Below, piece after piece: positions 31,109-32,000 of a DNA stretch of 32,000 bases (position 1 is the first letter of the stretch; each line of letters begins with the position of its first letter). Where the stretch lies: assembly GCA_000008885.1 (NCBI GenBank), contig BA000021.3, positions 420,001 through 452,000 on the forward strand, read 5' to 3'. The position numbers were made by a program, and so were the translations under genes. Source of the stretch: Wigglesworthia glossinidia endosymbiont of Glossina brevipalpis (lineage in GTDB: Bacteria > Pseudomonadota > Gammaproteobacteria > Enterobacterales > Enterobacteriaceae). The notes below the pieces were generated by a model, which ran no database searches, was not told the DNA's origin, and worked only from the letters and a program-made list of their open reading frames with translations.

Positions 31109-32000
31109 TTAATAACATTTAATAAATTTTTTTGCTAAATTTCTAGCTTTACTGTCAAGTAATAAAATTTCTTCTATGCTAGATGGTTCAAAAATATCAA
31201 GTTTATCCAACACCTTTTTATTAATTATTGCAATATCTGTGAAATAAATTTTTTTTGATAAAAAAGCAGATACGGATATTTCGTTTGCTGAATTTAGAAC
31301 TGTAGTCGCTCCTTGCCCATTATAGCTTGCTTGAATTGCTAAATTTAGGCATGGATATCTATTATAATCTATTGATTCAAAAGTCAATTTATTGTTTTTG
31401 TAAAAATCTAAATATTTGTTTTTTATTTTAATTCTTTTTGGATACCCTAATCCATATGAAATAGAAGATTGCATATCAGGTAAGCTCATGTTAGCAATTA
31501 CTGTTCCATCTATATATCTAATCATAGAATGTATAATAGATTGATGATGAATAATTAATTCTATTTGATCTTTGCAAACATTAAATAACCATTTAGCCAC
31601 AATATATTCAAATCCTTTATTCATCATAGTTGCTGAATCTATTGATATTTTTTTTCCCATTTTCCAGTTTGGATGATTACAAGCTTGATCAGGAGATACT
31701 TTTTTCAAATCTCTTAATTCAACATTTCTAAATGGACCTCCAGATCCAGTTAAAATTAATTTGTAAATTCCATATTTATTAATAGACGCAATTCCTAATT
31801 TTTTTTGAAAATCTAAAGGCAGACTTTGAAAAATAGCATTATGTTCGCTATCTATAGGAATTATTATTGATTTATATTTTTCTACTTGTTTCATAAAAAA
31901 ATGACCACAAGAAACTAATATTTCTTTGTTTGCTAATAGTATTTTTTTACCAGATTTAATCGCAGAAAATAAAAAAAATATTCCAGATAATCCTACTGTG
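31109..32000 (-). CDS. dxr: 1-deoxy-D-xylulose 5-phosphate reductoisomerase (partial, N-terminus beyond the window)
   Basis: PIDSEHNAIFQSL, LTGSGGPFR, DQACNHPNWKMGKKISIDSATMMNKGFEYI. The frame stays open upstream of the reported ATG at 31894 to base 32000, encoding TVGLSGIFFLFSAIKSGKKILLANKEILVSCGHFFMKQ, which matches the Dxr LLANKESLV region. Confidence 0.97.
   Translation of the reverse strand, partial: TVGLSGIFFLFSAIKSGKKILLANKEILVSCGHFFMKQVEKYKSIIIPIDSEHNAIFQSLPLDFQKKLGIASINKYGIYKLILTGSGGPFRNVELRDLKKVSPDQACNHPNWKMGKKISIDSATMMNKGFEYIVAKWLFNVCKDQIELIIHHQSIIHSMIRYIDGTVIANMSLPDMQSSISYGLGYPKRIKIKNKYLDFYKNNKLTFESIDYNRYPCLNLAIQASYNGQGATTVLNSANEISVSAFLSKKIYFTDIAIINKKVLDKLDIFEPSSIEEILLLDSKARNLAKKFIKCY

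Noticed and set aside
1-32000. A novel defence, mobile or biosynthetic system
   Set aside because: Every sizeable sense ORF maps to a known housekeeping or envelope gene, and no unexplained multigene cluster remains.

Overview
This 32 kb window is very AT-rich and comes from a reduced gammaproteobacterial endosymbiont genome. Gene content and order (fabI, pyrF, ribA, yciC, cls, hns, ugd, galU, purU, xthA, tsaB, minEDC, alr, cvrA, accA, dnaE, lpxB, lpxA, fabZ, lpxD, skp, bamA, rseP, cdsA, uppS, dxr) are most consistent with Wigglesworthia glossinidia from tsetse flies. That assignment is an inference from protein similarity and synteny recalled from memory; no database search was run. I support 28 protein-coding genes, the last (dxr) truncated by the right edge. 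The supplied ORF track stops dxr at an internal ATG, but the frame stays open to base 32000. I found no tRNA, rRNA, CRISPR array, mobile element, toxin-antitoxin pair or phage gene. I found no convincing previously undescribed system. The observations worth a second look concern genome reduction: a CvrA that ends after its RCK_C-like domain, a missing rnhB, a minD/minE overlap that extends the MinD membrane-targeting tail, an A11 tract in minD, a fabZ/lpxA overlap, motif divergence in TsaB, GalU, FabI and Dxr, a conserved H-NS in an extremely AT-rich genome, a long-form Ugd, and a 913-bp spacer containing 103 consecutive A/T bases. Comparisons with E. coli proteins are made from memory and should be confirmed by alignment.
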